A stretch of DNA of 31,948 nucleotides, from positions 1 to 31,948 of the forward strand of contig JACDHA010000016.1 in NCBI GenBank assembly GCA_013821315.1, given 5' to 3'. Below, piece after piece: positions 29,134 through 31,948 of this stretch (within the stretch, counting starts at the first letter, position 1; every line of letters begins with the position of its first letter). Source of the DNA: Candidatus Babelota bacterium. GTDB taxonomy: Bacteria; Babelota; Babeliae; Babelales; Babelaceae. The notes below the pieces were generated by a model. The model saw only the letters and a program-made list of their open reading frames with translations, did no database searches and was not told where the DNA came from. The position numbers and the translations under genes were made by a program.

Positions 29134-30600
29134 ATGTATAAATCAACTAAAGCATATATTGCTCTAGCTTTATTTTCTTTAGCATTACCGCAAGCTCAGC
29201 TTAGTGGGATGCAATCTAATTCCAATAGCGCAGTATCACATAATGCTTTAAAGAAAAGATATGACTTTTTAGAGTCTGAAGCTCAAAAGAATTCTGATCA
29301 GGTAATGAGTCTAATAGTGACCAAACAATCTCTTAAACAAGCACAAGCTTTAGGTGCAAAAAGTGCAACTGATCAAAAACTGAATAAGATTAATGAAGAA
29401 ATAGCACAACAGCTGAGTACCGGTAAGCGCATCTTAGAAAATTTAGATTATACTGCCGAAACCCTTAAAAAGACACCTGTTACAATAAATGATCAACTGC
29501 AAGAAAGAAGAGCTCAATGGATTGCCAGGCAACCCCTACAGAGCGATAGTTTTGAAGATCTTTTTAAAGCTTCCGATGCTCAACATTCTGCTGCAGTGAG
29601 TACAATAGGGCATGATTTAAGAGCGGTTGGTAATGATCTAAAAGCAATTCAAAGTAAAGTAATAGAGCAACAGCAACAAGCAAATACGCGAAGGCAAGAG
29701 CTCTTGCAGCAGTCTAGGCAGGATCTTGATAGCTTACACGCTCTTATTGCAACACCTGCACGTATACAACCTCAGTCTAGTGTGCTGAATGTTCAAGCAG
29801 CTGCACAACGAGCACTTCCGCAGATTAACTCTATTGATGTTGTTGAGCCATTAAGAAACGTGCTTAGTGAAGCACAACAGCAACTTCAAGCCGCTCCTAG
29901 TGAAATTCAACCGAATTTACCTCTAGTTAGAGCTGGTCGCTTATTAGCTGACGAAGCAGATGATGAAGATAACAACGGGCTATTAGCACTTCAAAAAATT
30001 CAGTATCTAGGAAATTATATAAAAGATACTGTTAATGAGCATCGCTATATAACTGCAGGAGTAGCAGTAGGTGTAGGTGCAGGAGCTTTATATGCCTTTA
30101 ATAAGCCTGTACGAGAAAAATGTAATAAAACGGCACGACAAGCTAAAGACAAAGTAAAGGCTACTTGGCAGGAGCTACAAGAGACTAAAGTTACAGCAAA
30201 AGGTGCTGCTGGATTATTAAGCCTTGCAGCTATTATTGCTTTTACAAATGCTCATCGCGATGTAGTAGCTACTTCTACAGCAAGTGCTTATAACTATGTA
30301 ACGAATAATAAAAAAGCTAGTTTAGCTACGTTAGCTACTGGAGCAGCGCTAGCTGGTTTACTTAGGTATGCTTTTTATAGAAAAGATCTAGTAGATGCTA
30401 CGCGTGCTAAGCATAAGTTAATACAAACTACCATGGCTAAATTTATCGATTCTTTAACGTTACCTCAGTGGGCATACTCAGGCATAGATAAGGTAATTAC
30501 AAGAGCTTACTATACTCCTGAAATTTTAAAAGCGAACACAGATTTGTGGAGTGCGCTTTCTGAAGATCAAAAAGCTTTAATTAATCAGTTAAATAATTAA
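29134..30600 (+). CDS. Hypothetical secreted or membrane protein (488 aa). It has a signal peptide, a long Gln-rich predicted coiled-coil region, and three C-terminal Ala/Gly-rich hydrophobic helices.
   Basis: MYKSTKAYIALALFSLALPQAQLSG signal-like N-terminus. About 280 aa of heptad-like Q/E/K-rich sequence (IEQQQQANTRRQELLQQSRQDL...). Then ITAGVAVGVGAGALYAF, KGAAGLLSLAAIIAFTNA and LATLATGAALAGLLRYAFY. No homology I recognise. Confidence 0.6.
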   Translation: MYKSTKAYIALALFSLALPQAQLSGMQSNSNSAVSHNALKKRYDFLESEAQKNSDQVMSLIVTKQSLKQAQALGAKSATDQKLNKINEEIAQQLSTGKRILENLDYTAETLKKTPVTINDQLQERRAQWIARQPLQSDSFEDLFKASDAQHSAAVSTIGHDLRAVGNDLKAIQSKVIEQQQQANTRRQELLQQSRQDLDSLHALIATPARIQPQSSVLNVQAAAQRALPQINSIDVVEPLRNVLSEAQQQLQAAPSEIQPNLPLVRAGRLLADEADDEDNNGLLALQKIQYLGNYIKDTVNEHRYITAGVAVGVGAGALYAFNKPVREKCNKTARQAKDKVKATWQELQETKVTAKGAAGLLSLAAIIAFTNAHRDVVATSTASAYNYVTNNKKASLATLATGAALAGLLRYAFYRKDLVDATRAKHKLIQTTMAKFIDSLTLPQWAYSGIDKVITRAYYTPEILKANTDLWSALSEDQKALINQLNN

Positions 30601-30634
30601 ATATACCTGTATATAAAACTATGAAAGTTTTACT

Positions 30635-30937
30635 ATGACTCAAAAGAAAATGTTTTTTAGTATTGTTTTAAGTTTAGCGTTTCTTAGTAATAACTGTGCT
30701 CAAGCAGCAGATCTTACAACGAGCAAAGCAGCTTTTTATGTAAAGAAAATGTGTGCTAATCTTAAAGCAACTACGTATAGTGGTTTAAGTAAAACAAAAG
30801 CTTTATTGTATAGAGGTAAAACTAAAGTTGCTCAACCAGGTGATTACATAATTACTCGTGGTATGGCTGTTAAAACCGTGGTAGCTGCTGGTGCACTCTA
30901 TGGTATAGCACGAGGTCTTCAAAAGCTTAGAAAATAG
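30635..30937 (+). CDS. Hypothetical small basic secreted protein (100 aa), member of the local family.
   Basis: Signal peptide MTQKKMFFSIVLSLAFLSNNCAQA|AD. The C-terminus, VVAAGALYGIARGLQKLRK, carries the shared A-G-x-L-Y-G + basic module. Confidence 0.55.
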   Translation: MTQKKMFFSIVLSLAFLSNNCAQAADLTTSKAAFYVKKMCANLKATTYSGLSKTKALLYRGKTKVAQPGDYIITRGMAVKTVVAAGALYGIARGLQKLRK

Positions 30938-31011
30938 CATAAGCTATAACTAGTAATAAGTTACGCTCTTTTCAAGATTATGATACTCTATATACTTAAC
31001 AATTAGACAAA

Positions 31012-31066
31012 TACTTAAGGATTGTATGAATAAAACCAATAAAAAATTAGTTATAGCATTAAGTGT
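31012..31066 (+). repeat. Direct repeat, copy 1 (5'-UTR/RBS plus signal-peptide coding module); copy 2 lies at 31339-31393.
   Basis: tacttaagg(a/g)ttgtatgaataaaa(c/g)caataaaaaatta(g/a)ttatagcattaag shows about 52 of 55 identical nt between the two loci, then diverges. Confidence 0.8.
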
Positions 31067-31286
31067 AGTAGGTCTTCTAAGCATGCCAATAAACATGCGT
31101 GCTCATGGTTTTTCTGCTCTGTCTTCTAAGTTTAATTCTAAGCTTAGCTCTAGTACAGTTTTTTTTATTATGCTAGGCAGCTATATAACTTATAAGCTGT
31201 ATAAACGTTATCAAACAACTCAAGAACAAGAAATTGAAGAACAAGAAATTCAAGAGCAGCAAGAATTAGCTGTAGAAAACGAATAA
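31026..31286 (+). CDS. Hypothetical small signal-peptide membrane protein (86 aa) with a Q/E-repeat tail, paralogous at its 5' end to the next gene.
   Basis: MNKTNKKLVIALSVVGLLSMPINMRA|HG signal, then TVFFIMLGSYITYKLYKRY, then EQEIEEQEIQEQQELAVENE. Confidence 0.5.
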   Translation: MNKTNKKLVIALSVVGLLSMPINMRAHGFSALSSKFNSKLSSSTVFFIMLGSYITYKLYKRYQTTQEQEIEEQEIQEQQELAVENE

Positions 31287-31338
31287 TTTAAAAAGCTTTT
31301 TTCTGTTATAAAAGTTTATTATTTTAGTAACTAGTTAT

Positions 31339-31393
31339 TACTTAAGGGTTGTATGAATAAAAGCAATAAAAAATTAATTATAGCATTAAGCAT
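31339..31393 (+). repeat. Direct repeat, copy 2 of the 5' module shared with 31012-31066.
   Basis: See copy 1. Confidence 0.8.
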
Positions 31394-31948
31394 TGTTGGC
31401 ATACCTGTTAGCATCAATGCCCACTTTTTTAATAAAAAAGTAGTTGCTACAACAGGTGTTACTGCAGGCGTAGCTTTAGCCGCTCTTGCTTATAAAAAAC
31501 GGCAAGCTCTTAAAAATGCAGCAATAGCGACTAAAGAAAAAACAGTTGAGCTTTACGATAGAGCAGTATTTGCTGCCGGAATTAAAGTTTTGGAATGCCA
31601 AGAATGGTGGCAAGAGTTTGATAAAACTCCATTAAACTATGCTGACATTACAGCAGCTACTGCTTTTTGCGGTACAGCATACGGTCTTAAAAAGCTTGAT
31701 GATACCTATAATGTTGGTCGTAAAATAGTTAATGCAACTAAAGCTACCGCTCGCGTAACTTCTGGCTTGATAGGTACTATAGCTAAAGCAACACCTGGAG
31801 TAGTTTATCGTAACAGCACAGAAGCTTGGGCGTATGTAAATTCTCATAAAACACAAGTGGCTGTTATTACTGGTAGTTTAGGGGCAGCCTATATCTTATG
31901 GCAAATTGGCAAAAGTGTTAATGCCGATAGACAGCAGAATTTAACAAC
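31353..31948 (+). CDS. Hypothetical signal-peptide protein, 3'-truncated at the window end (more than 198 aa). Paralog of the 31026 gene, with four repeats of the Ala/Gly-rich ...Y + basic module. Not in the ORF track because no stop occurs in the window.
   Basis: Translating from the ATG at 31353 gives MNKSNKKLIIALSIVGIPVSINA|HFFNKKVVATTGVTAGVALAALAYKKRQ...AATAFCGTAYGLKKLDD...TSGLIGTIAKATPGVVYRN...VITGSLGAAYILWQIGK..., open to nt 31948. Confidence 0.5.
   Translation, partial: MNKSNKKLIIALSIVGIPVSINAHFFNKKVVATTGVTAGVALAALAYKKRQALKNAAIATKEKTVELYDRAVFAAGIKVLECQEWWQEFDKTPLNYADITAATAFCGTAYGLKKLDDTYNVGRKIVNATKATARVTSGLIGTIAKATPGVVYRNSTEAWAYVNSHKTQVAVITGSLGAAYILWQIGKSVNADRQQNLT

Noticed and set aside
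1-31948. Searched intergenic regions for tRNA or rRNA genes, CRISPR repeat arrays, and IS or transposase ORFs.
   Set aside because: No tRNA-like T-arm or acceptor signatures. No regularly spaced direct repeats. No transposase-like ORF. The only DNA repeat is the 55-nt gene-start module at 31012 and 31339.

Overview
This AT-rich window is dominated by one contiguous ribosomal-protein super-operon of about 19.5 kb on the + strand, running from about 9500 to 28968. The gene order is rpsL-rpsG-fusA-tuf-rpsJ-rplC-rplD-rplW-rplB-rpsS-rplV-rpsC-rplP-rpmC-rpsQ-rplN-rplX-rplE-rpsZ-rpsH-rplF-rplR-rpsE-rplO-secY-adk-map-infA-rpmJ-rpsM-rpsK-rpsD-rpoA-rplQ. A small Nfu-type Fe-S domain gene follows rplQ, and one hairpin terminator closes the operon. 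Intergenic gaps are tiny (mostly under 40 nt, with several overlapping stop/start pairs) and rpmD (L30) is absent. Upstream are ordinary housekeeping genes: a 5'-truncated yidC, recR, a flotillin/SPFH protein, pepP, an NhaC-like transporter, a monocistronic rplM without rpsI, and rseP. Upstream also includes an unusual protein with an N-terminal signal peptide or anchor and a C-terminal J-domain. Three convergent gene pairs are separated by perfect palindromic bidirectional terminators. Immediately after the ribosomal operon terminator, from 29.1 kb to the window end, sits the most accessory-looking part. It is a tandem cluster of at least four + strand genes encoding signal-peptide proteins with no recognisable homology to anything I know. 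These proteins share a recurring Ala/Gly-rich small-xxx-small hydrophobic helix ending in Tyr plus basic residues, and two of them carry a near-identical ~55-nt 5' module. I flag this cluster as the best candidate for an undescribed secreted or membrane-interacting protein family, possibly effector-like. No tRNA, rRNA, CRISPR or IS element is visible. The organism cannot be placed from the sequence alone. The operon layout (tuf between fusA and rpsJ, adk-map-infA-rpmJ after secY, S4 present, no L30) is not gammaproteobacterial or chlamydial.
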